The notes beneath the pieces are model-generated. The model saw only the letters and a program-made list of their open reading frames with translations. It did no database searches and was not told the origin of the DNA. DNA of 64,000 nucleotides from Firmicutes bacterium CAG:884 (GTDB lineage: Bacteria; Bacillota_I; Bacilli_A; RF39; UBA660): the NCBI GenBank assembly GCA_000433875.1, contig HF993347.1, positions 22,450-86,449 on the forward strand. The letters are read 5' to 3'. Below are positions 1 to 10,347 of the stretch, piece by piece. Position 1 is the stretch's first letter. Every line of letters starts with the position of its first letter. Both the position numbers and the translations under genes were made by a program.

Positions 1-516
<516 letters not shown>

Positions 517-1173
517 TTATTCACTAACTTTAACCATTGCGGTTCTTATTACTTTATCTTTTAATAGATAACCTTTTTGTAATACTTCAACAACCATTCC
601 CGGTTTAACACCTTCTACTTTTTCAACCATAACAGCATTATGATATGTAGGATCAAATGGCTTATTGTTTCCATCTATTGCTTTAACTCCATACTTTTCA
701 AGAGCATTAGTTAAATGACAATATATTAATTTAAAACCTTCTAAAAACTTAGATAGTTCATCTGTTAAATTAGTATCATCCAATTTAATAGCTCTTTCAA
801 AGTTATCAAGTGTAGGTAAAATTTCTTCAACTAAATCTTCATTACAATATTTTAACAGTTTAGAAACTTCCTCATCTTTTCGTTTACGATAATTAATAGT
901 TTCTGCTTTTTCTTTTAAAATATTTTCTTCTGCTTCTTTTAACTTTCCTTCAAGTTCAGAAACAGTTTTATTTAGTTCATTAATTTCTTTTACTACATCT
1001 TCACAAGAACATTCTTCACACTCGCAATCATCACAATTACATTCATCACAAGAACATTCTTTGCCTTCACAGCATTTGCAGTTTTCTTCTTCACAAGTGC
1101 ATTCTTTTCCTTCGTTGCATCCACATTCGCATTCAGGAGAACATTTACAAACTTTTTTTTCTTTTTTCTTCAT
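517..1173 (-). CDS. grpE: Nucleotide exchange factor GrpE with an unusual ~55 aa Cys-rich N-terminal extension
   Basis: 218 aa. The C-terminal two-thirds has the GrpE coiled-coil and beta-domain pattern (…LLRTLAEFENYRKR-like 'INYRKRKDEE', 'VGVKPGMVVEVLQKGY'). Sits between hrcA and dnaK. Confidence 0.85.
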   Translation of the reverse strand: MKKKEKKVCKCSPECECGCNEGKECTCEEENCKCCEGKECSCDECNCDDCECEECSCEDVVKEINELNKTVSELEGKLKEAEENILKEKAETINYRKRKDEEVSKLLKYCNEDLVEEILPTLDNFERAIKLDDTNLTDELSKFLEGFKLIYCHLTNALEKYGVKAIDGNNKPFDPTYHNAVMVEKVEGVKPGMVVEVLQKGYLLKDKVIRTAMVKVSE

Positions 1174-1175
1174 AT

Positions 1176-2174
1176 TTACCTCTCAATATTTTTCTTTATA
1201 TAATTTAGAAGTGCCGTAACTCTACCGTATTCCATTCTTTTTGGGCCAATTAGAGCAATTGTTCCTTCTTCACCATTAACAGAATATTTCGTTTTTATAA
1301 TTGCTACATCATCATCAAGTGTATTTTCACTTCCTATATAAATATTAACGCCACTTTCTTCTTCTTTAATGCTACTAACAAGGTTTTTATCTTCAAACTT
1401 ACTAACTATTTCTCTTATTTTATCAGCATTACTAAACTCTGGTTGCATTAATATATTACTTGCACCCGATACTTTAACACTCGCTTCTTCTTTAAAATCA
1501 TTCAAAGCGTTATAGAAAGCATTATATATAGCATCGTGCTGTTTAATATATGTTCCAATAATTGGTTTAATTTCAAACTCTAGTTTAGCACATATTTCAT
1601 CAATTGGTGTTCCAACAATTAGTTTATTTATAAGTTCAACAGTTTTTCTTATTTCATCTAAACTAATGTTTTCAGCCATTTCCATATTTCTATGTTCAAC
1701 ATGACCTTTATCAGTTATTACTATAGCCAAGAACTTATTATTTGCAAGTGGAACAACTTCCATTTTACTAAGTAAGTTTTCTTTTGATGAGCTTCCTAAA
1801 ACAATTGCTGTATAATTTGTTAATTCCGAAATAATTTCCATACTTCTTAAAACAACATCATTTAACATCAAACTATTATTTTTAAATATTGCTTGAAGTT
1901 TAAGCATATCATCACCATTAAGTTCTTTTGGAACCATTATATTATCAACATAATATCTATATCCATTATCACTTGGTATTCTACCAGATGAAGTATGTGT
2001 TTTTTCAAGTAAACCCAAATCTTCAAGAGCACTCATCTCATTTCTTATAGTGGCACTTGAACATTTTAGTTTCTCACATATTGCTTTAGAACCAACAGGC
2101 CTTGCTGTTTTAATATATTCTTCAACAATTATCTTAAGTAAACTAACTTGTCTTTCGGTTATCAAATAAATCAC
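1176..2174 (-). CDS. hrcA: Heat-inducible transcription repressor HrcA
   Basis: 332 aa. N-terminal winged HTH (LTERQVSLLKIIVEEYIKTARPVGSKAI) and a GAF-like C-terminal domain. A CIRCE operator lies immediately upstream. Confidence 0.9.
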   Translation of the reverse strand: MIYLITERQVSLLKIIVEEYIKTARPVGSKAICEKLKCSSATIRNEMSALEDLGLLEKTHTSSGRIPSDNGYRYYVDNIMVPKELNGDDMLKLQAIFKNNSLMLNDVVLRSMEIISELTNYTAIVLGSSSKENLLSKMEVVPLANNKFLAIVITDKGHVEHRNMEMAENISLDEIRKTVELINKLIVGTPIDEICAKLEFEIKPIIGTYIKQHDAIYNAFYNALNDFKEEASVKVSGASNILMQPEFSNADKIREIVSKFEDKNLVSSIKEEESGVNIYIGSENTLDDDVAIIKTKYSVNGEEGTIALIGPKRMEYGRVTALLNYIKKNIER

Positions 2175-2217
2175 CTCTAGTTATTATATTCAGTTATCTA
2201 CGTTAGTATACAACTTT

Positions 2218-2247
2218 TTAGCACTCCTTTTCTTTTTGTGCTAATAT
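2218..2247 (-). promoter_or_regulatory. CIRCE operator (HrcA binding site) upstream of hrcA
   Basis: TTAGCACTC-N9-TTGTGCTAA on the + strand, a near-perfect inverted repeat matching the CIRCE consensus TTAGCACTC-N9-GAGTGCTAA. A second degenerate copy (TTAGCACTG…) lies at ~2264-2290. Confidence 0.7.
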
Positions 2248-2305
2248 AATTATATCACTTTTATTAGCACTGTCAATAGTTAAGTGATAATTTTTCACAA
2301 AAAAA

Positions 2306-2429
2306 TCAAGATTTTTCTTGATTAATTCCTTTTTCAATTTCCTTTATCTCATCTAATGATAGTTCAGTTACTTTAGAAATAGTCTCGTAAGATATTTTTT
2401 CTTCAATCATACGCTTTACCATTTGCATA
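2306..2429 (-). CDS. Small (40 aa) putative HTH protein, unannotated short ORF
   Basis: ATG at 2429 with an upstream RBS-like AAGGAAAAAG. Product MQMVKRMIEEKISYETISKVTELSLDEIKEIEKGINQEKS resembles a lone helix-turn-helix. Too short to verify. Confidence 0.2.
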
Positions 2430-2488
2430 TCTTTTTCCTTAACAATTTTTAATGTTGATTCCTCTATTTTTTTTCTTTCCTTCCTTGC

Positions 2489-2674
2489 TCACCTTTTCTC
2501 AGCATTTGCAATTTTCTTTTCCATATACTTTCTACAATATTCAGTTGTTCCTAAATCAATTACAATTCCACTATCTTCTATCATTTTATATACACTCCTT
2601 ATACATTCAATTCTTGTTTTATCATCCACCAGTTTTTTTAGGATTTTATCCATCTCTTCAAAACACCATTTCAA
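2489..2674 (-). CDS. Hypothetical small protein (61 aa)
   Basis: ORF only; no recognisable motif. Confidence 0.3.
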   Translation of the reverse strand: MKWCFEEMDKILKKLVDDKTRIECIRSVYKMIEDSGIVIDLGTTEYCRKYMEKKIANAEKR

Positions 2675-2702
2675 GCACCAAACAAAAAATCCATAACATT
2701 TG

Positions 2703-3011
2703 TTATGAATTTAAACTATTGATTTCTTTATTAAGAGCATTTTTCTTTTCAATTATCTTATCTTTTGGAGCCTCTTCAAGTTTATACCAACCACGTCTAA
2801 ACATATCCTCAAAAACACATCGTTGCATGTCAGCATAAACATCAAACATTTCCTTATATTTCTTATATAAAATCTCATTACTAGCTTCCGTTAAAACAAC
2901 CGCATAATTTTTAACAAGTTCCTTCAAACTAGATAATAAACTATTCATATAATCTTTATCATTTAAAGCCTTACCACTAGGAACTAAAACCTCTGTATTT
3001 TCAATTTTCAT
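2703..3011 (-). CDS. Spore coat protein F (CotF)-like protein
   Basis: The LNDKDYMNSLLSSLKELVKNYAVVLTEASNEILYKKY pattern matches the Coat_F domain (LNDKD…EASN motif). Overlaps the 3' end of a paralogous partner ORF. Confidence 0.5.
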   Translation of the reverse strand: MKIENTEVLVPSGKALNDKDYMNSLLSSLKELVKNYAVVLTEASNEILYKKYKEMFDVYADMQRCVFEDMFRRGWYKLEEAPKDKIIEKKNALNKEINSLNS

Positions 3012-3271
3012 ATTTGACCTCCAAGTATATTTAAAATCTCATTCATAATACCATAAAAAGTATCAGATGCCTTATTCAAAATAATTTTCACCTCAGGATC
3101 CTCTACATTATTTGAAGCATTAAAACTACTCTTATAGACACCATAATTCCAACTAAACATATCACTTAAATAATCCAAATCCTTACCACTTATAATATTC
3201 GGTACATTTTCATATTTCATATATATCCCTCCAATAATATAATGAATAAAAAATAAAATTTTATACATCAT
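3008..3271 (-). CDS. CotF-like spore coat protein paralog
   Basis: 87 aa, 4-nt overlap with the downstream CotF-like gene. Similar LSDMFSW…NASNNVEDPEV pattern; CotF-family genes commonly occur as pairs. Confidence 0.4.
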   Translation of the reverse strand: MMYKILFFIHYIIGGIYMKYENVPNIISGKDLDYLSDMFSWNYGVYKSSFNASNNVEDPEVKIILNKASDTFYGIMNEILNILGGQI

Positions 3272-3277
3272 ATTAGT

Positions 3278-3568
3278 ATGATATACATTATAATTTTTAT
3301 TTTTAAATTAATAGAAAATACACTAAGTACAATTAGAATAATAGTAATAAATCAAGGAAAAAAAATATTAGGCGCGATTTTGCAAGGTATAGTTACACTA
3401 GTATGGGCCATATCCGCCGGCCTCACAATTATCGATTTCAAAAAAGATTATCTTAAAATATTTGTATTCTGTTTAGGAGCCTTTATAGGATCATTACTAG
3501 GATCATATATTGAAGAAAAAGCAAGAAAAAAAGAGATTATTTTACAATCTCATTTCCATCAAACTTAA
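3278..3568 (+). CDS. Small integral membrane protein (3 predicted TM helices)
   Basis: 96 aa, hydrophobic segments (IIVINQGKKILGAILQGIVTLVWAISAGLTII…). Confidence 0.4.
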   Translation: MIYIIIFIFKLIENTLSTIRIIVINQGKKILGAILQGIVTLVWAISAGLTIIDFKKDYLKIFVFCLGAFIGSLLGSYIEEKARKKEIILQSHFHQT

Positions 3569-4130
3569 TATCTAAAAACTTCTTACTAGAAAGAAAATCA
3601 CACATATGCACAAACTTTTGATATTTATTATGCGGTCTTTCTAAAACCTCATTACCATTATAATCCTTTGTCCATTCACCCATATGAGTCTTAATAGTAG
3701 TATCAATAAACTCAAGTTCCTTATCACTAAAACCAATCTTGTCATTATTATCAATAATATATTTACCAATAATTATAGGATGCTCAAATACAGTATATTC
3801 TTGCTTAACAAGACCAGACTTTAAACCATCGTGAACAAGTAAACATAAGATCATAAGATCTTTTTCTTTTAAAGAAAAAGCATCACCAATTACTGAATTA
3901 TGATTCAAAAGCTCATTTGCAATATTAACAGCAGCCTTCGTATGTCTAACTAAACCACCCTCTCCTTGTGAAAAAGAAGGATGGTATTTTCCCGTAGACG
4001 AAGCCGGAACCTCAAAAAAATAATCCGGAAGCATATTAATAACCTTAATAGCCTTTTCTCTAATATCATCTTCTTTAATATAACCTAATTCTGTTTTAAA
4101 TATATCAGCTTTCATTTTAACCTCCATCAC
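3537..4130 (-). CDS. HD-domain phosphohydrolase
   Basis: 197 aa with H…HD metal-binding signature (KYHPS…LVRHTKAAV…LLVHDGLK). Confidence 0.7.
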   Translation of the reverse strand: MMEVKMKADIFKTELGYIKEDDIREKAIKVINMLPDYFFEVPASSTGKYHPSFSQGEGGLVRHTKAAVNIANELLNHNSVIGDAFSLKEKDLMILCLLVHDGLKSGLVKQEYTVFEHPIIIGKYIIDNNDKIGFSDKELEFIDTTIKTHMGEWTKDYNGNEVLERPHNKYQKFVHMCDFLSSKKFLDIKFDGNEIVK

Positions 4131-5194
4131 ACAAAATTAATTAGTATTTCATTTGATAAATAAATATAATCTTTATTTATATAAATGAAGCCATTTTTAT
4201 CTATTAATTTACCACTTTTTATTAATTCTTGAATATCAAATACATCTTCTATATTCTTATGATATTTTAAATAAAACCTTTCCTTATTAACGCCTTCTAT
4301 TTTTCTTAAACCAAAAATCATTTCATTTTGCATATTTTCAAGCACACTAACAAAATAAGATTCCTTCACATATTTATGATTAATATAATCAATTATATTC
4401 CTAGTATTATCATACCTTGTATTATCTACAAAACCACTCGCACCAAGACCAAATCCATAATAATTGTCATTATTCCAATAAACTAAATTATGCTTAGCCT
4501 CATACCCATAATAACTAAAATTAGAAACCTCATAATGATGATAATTAGATAATTTATTTTGAATCAACTTATACATTTCATAATCTAAATCCTCATCAAT
4601 ATTCTTTTCATTTCTAAGTCTAGTATGTTCTTCAATAATCAAAGAATATGTTGAAATATGTTTAATACCTAAATCAATTAAAAAGTCTATATCATTTTCT
4701 AAATCTTTTAAACTTTCTCCCTTTAAAGCATACATTAAATCAACATTAACATTATCATAATACTTTAAAGCAAGCTTAATTCTATCCTCATAATCACTCA
4801 AATATTTGCGTCCCAAATAATCTAAACTTTCCTTTTTAGTAGTCTCAAGACCAATACTAAGTCTATTAACTTTAGTAGTTTTCAAAAAATCAAGCAATTC
4901 CCTATTTATATCTTCTATATTACATTCAAATGTAAACTCTTCTATATCTATTTTAAAAATATCAATTATTTTAAATAATCTTTTAAGTTCATCAATACTC
5001 AAACAAGAAGGAGTACCCCCACCAATATAAATAGTTTTAATTATATCACCTTTATATCTAGATAATACCTCTTCTTCTAAACTATCAAGATAAGGATTAA
5101 CCCATTTTTTAATATAAAACAATTTACAAAAATCACAATAAGAACAAATACTTGAGCAAAAAGGGATATGAATATATACAGAATTATTCATCAT
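4127..5194 (-). CDS. hemW: Radical SAM heme chaperone HemW (coproporphyrinogen III oxidase-like)
   Basis: N-terminal [14 protein letters not shown], a CxxxCxxC radical-SAM motif. 355 aa. Conserved position between lepA and hrcA as in Bacillus. Confidence 0.8.
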   Translation of the reverse strand: MMNNSVYIHIPFCSSICSYCDFCKLFYIKKWVNPYLDSLEEEVLSRYKGDIIKTIYIGGGTPSCLSIDELKRLFKIIDIFKIDIEEFTFECNIEDINRELLDFLKTTKVNRLSIGLETTKKESLDYLGRKYLSDYEDRIKLALKYYDNVNVDLMYALKGESLKDLENDIDFLIDLGIKHISTYSLIIEEHTRLRNEKNIDEDLDYEMYKLIQNKLSNYHHYEVSNFSYYGYEAKHNLVYWNNDNYYGFGLGASGFVDNTRYDNTRNIIDYINHKYVKESYFVSVLENMQNEMIFGLRKIEGVNKERFYLKYHKNIEDVFDIQELIKSGKLIDKNGFIYINKDYIYLSNEILINFV

Positions 5195-6983
5195 TCAATT
5201 TCAAAACCGCTAAGAAAGCCTCAGGTGGAACTTCAACACTTCCAACCATCTTCATTCTCTTTTTACCTTCCTTTTGTTTCTCTAGTAATTTTCTCTTTCT
5301 TGAAACATCTCCACCATAACATTTAGCAAGAACATCTTTTCTAACAGCCTTTATATCACTACGAGCAATGATTTTAGAACCAATACTAGCTTGAATAGGA
5401 ACTTCAAATTGTTGTCTTGGAATTAAATCTCTTAATTTTTCAACAATACTTTTTCCTCTATTATAAGCAAAATCTTTATGTACAATAATACTTAAAGCAT
5501 CAACTATTTCCCCATTTAATAAAACATCCATTTTTACTAAATCGCTTTCTCTATAACCAATTAATTCATAATCAAATGAAGCATATCCTTTTGTATAAGA
5601 TTTTAATTTATCAAAAAAATCATATACAATTTCTGATAAAGGTAATTCATAATGAATATTTACTCTTGTATTATCTATATATTCCATAGAAATATAATTG
5701 CCTCTTTTATTTTGACAAAGTTCCATAATTGGACCTATATAATTAGATGGAACAAATATATTAGTCATAACATAAGGTTCTTCAATTTTAAGTATTTTAA
5801 CCTTTTCTGGCATTTGAATCGGACTATCTACAATAACAACCTCTTTATCAGTTTTAGTAACTCTATATATAACTGATGGCGTTGTAGCAATAATATCTAA
5901 ATTAAATTCTCGCTTAATTCGCTCTATTATAACATCCATATGTAATAATCCTAAGAAACCACACCTAAAACCAAATCCAAGTGATGCTGAAGTTTCAACC
6001 TCAAACTCTAAAGAAGCATCATTTAATTTTAGCTTTTCTAAAGCTTCTCTTAAATCAGCAAACTTATTTGTTTCAATTGGATACAATCCACAAAATACCA
6101 TTGGTTTTAATTGTTTATAACCAGGTAAAGGATTACTAGCTGGATCACTTGCCAAAGTAATAGTATCACCAACTTTTAAATCGGACAAACTCTTAATACT
6201 AGCACTCAAATACCCAACCTCACCAGCCTTAAGTTCATTAATACTTTTCTCTTTAGGAGTATGATTACCAAGTTCTGTAACATCATATACTTTATCAGTT
6301 TGCATCATTTTAATATTTGAACCAACTTTTAATATACCATTTACAACTTTTATTAAAGCAACTACTCCCTTATAAGAATCATAATAACTATCAAAAACTA
6401 AAGCCTGTAATTTATCATTAGGATTACCATTTGGTGCTGGAATTTTCTCAATAACAGCCTCAATCAATTCCTTAACACCAACACCAGTTTTAGCACTCGT
6501 TAAAATAACTTCATCTTCATCGAAACCTAAAACATCCTTTAATTCTTTTTTAACTCGATCAGGATCAGCATTTGGTAAATCTATTTTATTTATTACAGGT
6601 ATTATTTTTAAATTATTTTCAAGAGCCAAATATAAATTAGCAATCGTTTGTGCTTCTATTCCTTGTGCAGCATCAACAACTAAAATTGCGCCTTCACAAG
6701 CGGCTAAACTTCGAGAAACTTCATACGTAAAATCAACATGTCCTGGGGTATCAATTAAGTTTAAAAAATATTCTTCACCATTATAATTATATTTTAACTG
6801 CACAGCATTTAATTTGATTGTTATTCCTCTTTCTCTTTCAATATCCATACTATCAAGTAACTGATCTTGCATTTCTCTCTTAGTTAAAGCACCAGTTTCT
6901 TCTAAGATTCGATCAGCGAGTGTACTCTTACCATGATCTATATGAGCAATAATTGAAAAATTACGAATATTCTTTTGTTGCAT
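5184..6983 (-). CDS. lepA: Elongation factor 4 (LepA)
   Basis: 599 aa. GTPase G1-G4 motifs ([18 protein letters not shown]) and the LepA C-terminal domain. N-terminus [27 protein letters not shown]. Confidence 0.95.
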   Translation of the reverse strand: MQQKNIRNFSIIAHIDHGKSTLADRILEETGALTKREMQDQLLDSMDIERERGITIKLNAVQLKYNYNGEEYFLNLIDTPGHVDFTYEVSRSLAACEGAILVVDAAQGIEAQTIANLYLALENNLKIIPVINKIDLPNADPDRVKKELKDVLGFDEDEVILTSAKTGVGVKELIEAVIEKIPAPNGNPNDKLQALVFDSYYDSYKGVVALIKVVNGILKVGSNIKMMQTDKVYDVTELGNHTPKEKSINELKAGEVGYLSASIKSLSDLKVGDTITLASDPASNPLPGYKQLKPMVFCGLYPIETNKFADLREALEKLKLNDASLEFEVETSASLGFGFRCGFLGLLHMDVIIERIKREFNLDIIATTPSVIYRVTKTDKEVVIVDSPIQMPEKVKILKIEEPYVMTNIFVPSNYIGPIMELCQNKRGNYISMEYIDNTRVNIHYELPLSEIVYDFFDKLKSYTKGYASFDYELIGYRESDLVKMDVLLNGEIVDALSIIVHKDFAYNRGKSIVEKLRDLIPRQQFEVPIQASIGSKIIARSDIKAVRKDVLAKCYGGDVSRKRKLLEKQKEGKKRMKMVGSVEVPPEAFLAVLKLNDE

Positions 6984-7021
6984 AAAATCACCTACTCACC
7001 ATTATACAATAAAAATAAATA

Positions 7022-7050
7022 AAAAAAAAGACATAAATTAATATGTCTTA
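7022..7050 (-). terminator. Rho-independent terminator after the pilin gene cluster
   Basis: AAGACATA-AATTAAT-TATGTCTT perfect 8-bp stem, followed on the minus strand by a T9 run. Confidence 0.5.
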
Positions 7051-7488
7051 GCTACATTTATATCTTGCAGCAGTAGTATCATACTTACAAGTATAACCAT
7101 TAACTGTTAAGTCTCCCCAAGTAGCATTAGATCCACCTGTTGTACGGCTAATAGAAATAACGCCAGCTGTTGGTTTTGTTTGAGACATAGCAAATACAGA
7201 ATCACCTGTAACTGCTTCTAAATCAGTTTTACCAGCAAGTTTCTTTTGAGTAGTAACAGTACTACCATTAAATGTTACAGTAACAGTTTCAACATCTTGA
7301 TCTTCAAGAGAAACTAATCCATAAACATTATTCATTTCTTTAACAACACTATCGCAAGTTCTTTCAGCGGCATTTTTTCTTGTAGTATTGATAATATTTG
7401 TTACTATTGGTGTACCAATTAAAGCAATAACTGCAAGAATAACTATGATTGCAAGTAGTTCAATTAAAGTGAAACCTTTTTTATTCAT
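7048..7488 (-). CDS. Type IV pilin / ComGC-like prepilin
   Basis: Class III signal MNKKGFTLIELLAIIVILAVIALIG (G/FTLIE with Glu+5). Start chosen at the internal Met preceded by AAGGAAGGAAAT rather than the ORF-track start at 7521. Confidence 0.7.
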   Translation of the reverse strand: MNKKGFTLIELLAIIVILAVIALIGTPIVTNIINTTRKNAAERTCDSVVKEMNNVYGLVSLEDQDVETVTVTFNGSTVTTQKKLAGKTDLEAVTGDSVFAMSQTKPTAGVISISRTTGGSNATWGDLTVNGYTCKYDTTAARYKCS

Positions 7489-7511
7489 TTTATTTCCTTC
7501 CTTCCTTATTT

Positions 7512-7868
7512 TTATGAACACGAAATTTCTTCCGTATTACCAGAAATCGTGCAAGTGAAATTATCAATTTTCATTTCACTCGTTATATTACCACTACCAT
7601 CAATAGTAGCTTGACCTCCCTTAATATTAGCATCCCCAATATTAAGATCATTTATAACATCTTTATTCGATAAATCTAAACTTATTGCTTTATTATTTTG
7701 ATAATAATAAGCTTTTAAACTTTGTTTAACTAAATTAGATTTAGTAACAGCCTCTTCTTTTTTTACATCTTTAAGTTCTTTAGAAACTAAAGGTGCAGAA
7801 ACCAAAGTCATAACCGAAACAACGACCATAATTGAAATAAACTCAACTAAAGTAAATCCATTTTTCAT
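7512..7868 (-). CDS. Type IV pilin-like protein
   Basis: MKNGFTLVEFISIMVVVSV prepilin motif. Start taken at the Met that precedes the motif. Confidence 0.6.
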   Translation of the reverse strand: MKNGFTLVEFISIMVVVSVMTLVSAPLVSKELKDVKKEEAVTKSNLVKQSLKAYYYQNNKAISLDLSNKDVINDLNIGDANIKGGQATIDGSGNITSEMKIDNFTCTISGNTEEISCS

Positions 7869-7933
7869 CTTATCACCTACTATCTTAATTTTATAATATA
7901 TTTTAGGTATAGTCAATATTTATATACGTTTTT

Positions 7934-8350
7934 TTACGCGGTAATTGTAATTTTTCTAAGTCTTGTAACATCTGATCTTCCATTTGTTACTCTATAAACA
8001 AATTTATAATCACCTTGTGTTAATGTTCTCAAAAACTTATCATAGTCCTCTTTTTCAATCTCATAATCATCAAGTGTAACACTAATAATAGAGCATCCCG
8101 TACAAAGAGAAATATCATCAGCTAAACTATAGTTCAATCTTTCATCATATGAAATAGAAACGTTTTTAACAATAACCGACGGCAAATTATTTGCTTCCTC
8201 ATATATAGCTTTCTTATGAGCATCGAATATCGTTTTTCTATAAGAAAGTAAAGCAAGTAAACTTGCAACTAAAATCAAAAACATCAAAAATATTGAATAA
8301 ATCATCGTTGAAATTGCAAACCCTTTTTTATTTAATTTCACCTTCATCAC
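7934..8350 (-). CDS. Pseudopilin-like protein (divergent prepilin N-terminus)
   Basis: MMKVKLNKKGFAISTMIYSIFLMF: KKGF plus a hydrophobic helix but no Glu+5. Overlaps the pduL 3' end by 23 nt. Confidence 0.45.
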   Translation of the reverse strand: MMKVKLNKKGFAISTMIYSIFLMFLILVASLLALLSYRKTIFDAHKKAIYEEANNLPSVIVKNVSISYDERLNYSLADDISLCTGCSIISVTLDDYEIEKEDYDKFLRTLTQGDYKFVYRVTNGRSDVTRLRKITITA

Positions 8351-8891
8351 CCGTTTTTATAAAGTTTCCATTCGCATCATCAGTATCAATATGCATTTCC
8401 ATTAAAGATTCCTCTCCAACCTTTAAATGAACATCATATAGTATAGATTTTTTTTCATTACCAACAAAAACACTTACAACATCATTTAAATTATATTTAA
8501 TCTTATCTTCTTTCGTAATATGAATATGTCTATTCGCGATAATACAACCATTTGTTTTTATTTCACCACGAGGACCAACGAGCGTTACTACTTCAGAACC
8601 ATCTAAATCACCACTAGTCCTAATTGGTGGATTAAGTCCTAACGTATAAGCATCTGTTTTTGATATTTCAATTTGTGTATAATCTCTAAAAGGACCAATA
8701 ACTCTAACATTTTTTATCTCGTTTTTTAAAGTTTTAATTGTAACTTTATATATAGAAGCAAACAACCCAGGTTGATATAAATCTTTATCTTTAATTAATT
8801 CAACCTCTCCAAACAATTTAATAAAATCATCTTTCTTTAAATGAACATGTCTATTTGAAACACCTATTCTAACCTTCATTTTAATCACCAA
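8328..8891 (-). CDS. pduL: Phosphate propanoyl/acetyl-transferase PduL
   Basis: Two repeated PduL half-domains (RIGVSNRHVHL… and IIANRHIHITKED…), plus VTLVGPRG, VIGPFRDYTQIEISKTDAYTLGL and MEMHIDTDDANG. All are diagnostic of PduL-type phosphotransacylases. Confidence 0.8.
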   Translation of the reverse strand: MVIKMKVRIGVSNRHVHLKKDDFIKLFGEVELIKDKDLYQPGLFASIYKVTIKTLKNEIKNVRVIGPFRDYTQIEISKTDAYTLGLNPPIRTSGDLDGSEVVTLVGPRGEIKTNGCIIANRHIHITKEDKIKYNLNDVVSVFVGNEKKSILYDVHLKVGEESLMEMHIDTDDANGNFIKTGDEGEIK

Positions 8892-8958
8892 TATTATTAT
8901 ACATCATTTTTTATAATATTTAAAGAAAAATTAAATATAATTTAATGAAAGGGGTATT

Positions 8959-9300
8959 ATGAATAATAGTTATAGTAGTTTTCCCGGTAATCCAATTTAT
9001 TATGGAAATACCAAATTACCAAATCAAGATACAAGTGTCATAGATGAACAAAGTTATATAGAAAACATTTTAAGATTAAATCGAGGAAAAAAAGTTCGTA
9101 TTCATATGACATTTCCTGATTCCAACGAATTTCGAGATAAAGTCTTTACTGGTGTTATAGAACAATCAGGCCGTGATCACATTATTCTAAGTGATAGCAC
9201 TAATGGTAATTGGTATTTGTTATTAATAATTTATTTAGATTATATCGAGTTTAACGAAAAAATTAATACAAGTGGCGAATTTTATCCACAAAATAATTGA
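8959..9300 (+). CDS. gerQ: Spore coat protein GerQ (YwdL)-like
   Basis: IENILRLNRGKKVRIHMTF…KVFTGVIEQSGRDHIILSDSTNGNWYLLLIIYLDYIEF matches the conserved GerQ core (…AGRDHIILSDPQTG…LLLMVYLDYV…). Confidence 0.6.
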   Translation: MNNSYSSFPGNPIYYGNTKLPNQDTSVIDEQSYIENILRLNRGKKVRIHMTFPDSNEFRDKVFTGVIEQSGRDHIILSDSTNGNWYLLLIIYLDYIEFNEKINTSGEFYPQNN

Positions 9301-9342
9301 AGAATAGAAAAATAAATGCTATAATAAATATGGTGAATAAAA

Positions 9343-9882
9343 ATGGAATACTTAATAATAATCGCTGAAATAGTTGCTGTCATATCATTAATTCTTTTAT
9401 GGGTCGTGCTAACGTATAATAATTATCAAAGCTATATTATTAGAATAAACGAAGTTGAAACAAAAATAGATTCAATTTTAAGAAAAAAATTCGACTTGGT
9501 TTCTAAGTGCATTGGAATAATTGAAACATATTCTAAGACAAAAATATTAGAAGACATAACTAATTTAAAAAACGAAAAAATAAGCAATTTTGATTTAGAC
9601 AGAAAATTAACTGAAGCAATAATAAAATTTGAAAACTTTAAAGATAAATATGAAGAATTAGAAACAAATGAAACATTTATTAAAACAAATATACAAATAA
9701 CAGAAGCAAATACTGATTTAGAAGCCTGTAAAAACTATTATAATGATATTGTAACCGATTATAATAAAAAAGTTAAAAAGTTTCCAAGTGACATTATAGC
9801 AAAAATATCAAAATTCAAAGTAAGACCATATTTTGATGGAAAAAATATGTTTGATGAAAATATCAAAGACTTTAAACTATAA
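9343..9882 (+). CDS. lemA: LemA family membrane protein
   Basis: N-terminal TM then the LemA pattern (YNNYQSYIIRINEVETKIDSILRKKFDLVS…), 179 aa. Confidence 0.75.
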   Translation: MEYLIIIAEIVAVISLILLWVVLTYNNYQSYIIRINEVETKIDSILRKKFDLVSKCIGIIETYSKTKILEDITNLKNEKISNFDLDRKLTEAIIKFENFKDKYEELETNETFIKTNIQITEANTDLEACKNYYNDIVTDYNKKVKKFPSDIIAKISKFKVRPYFDGKNMFDENIKDFKL

Positions 9883-9906
9883 ATAGGAATATTCATATGA
9901 ATATCC

Positions 9907-10317
9907 CTATTTCTTTTTGCGTTTATGATTAACAAATACAATAACTAAAATAACAAAGGCACCTGCTAACCAAATATAAACACACTTATAATCAAAATCT
10001 TCTTCTAAAGGAATATCTTCCTTTTTTTCTTCATCAATTCTTAAAGCAATTTCTCCATCTTTCGTATATAAATAATGCTCTCTAGCATATCTTGCAATAT
10101 ATTCTTTATCATTTAATTTTAATATATCTGTTTTTAATTTTTCTTCATTATCTTTTAATTCAATCAAAGTTTTATTAAGTTCTTTTTCTTTATTTGATAA
10201 AGTTCTTAATTTAATTATATATGAAAAAGAAGTAATAAAAAAATATACAATTATAAAAATTGAAACAATTCTTAAAACAAACTTAACAACTGACTTCTTT
10301 ACCTTTCTCTTTTTCAT
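9907..10317 (-). CDS. divIC: Septum formation initiator DivIC/FtsB family
   Basis: N-terminal TM, coiled coil, then YIARYAREHYLYTKDGEIAL, typical of the FtsB/DivIC family. Follows yabP-yabQ as in B. subtilis. Confidence 0.6.
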   Translation of the reverse strand: MKKRKVKKSVVKFVLRIVSIFIIVYFFITSFSYIIKLRTLSNKEKELNKTLIELKDNEEKLKTDILKLNDKEYIARYAREHYLYTKDGEIALRIDEEKKEDIPLEEDFDYKCVYIWLAGAFVILVIVFVNHKRKKK

Positions 10318-10347
10318 AGTATCACCATATATATTATATATGATTAT

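Noticed and set aside
2452-2838. 128 aa + strand ORF overlapping two minus-strand small genes
   Set aside because: Phe/Leu-rich antisense artefact across a region better explained by minus-strand genes (CotF-like).
5652-5876. 74 aa + strand ORF inside lepA
   Set aside because: Antisense to a highly conserved GTPase gene; AT-rich artefact.
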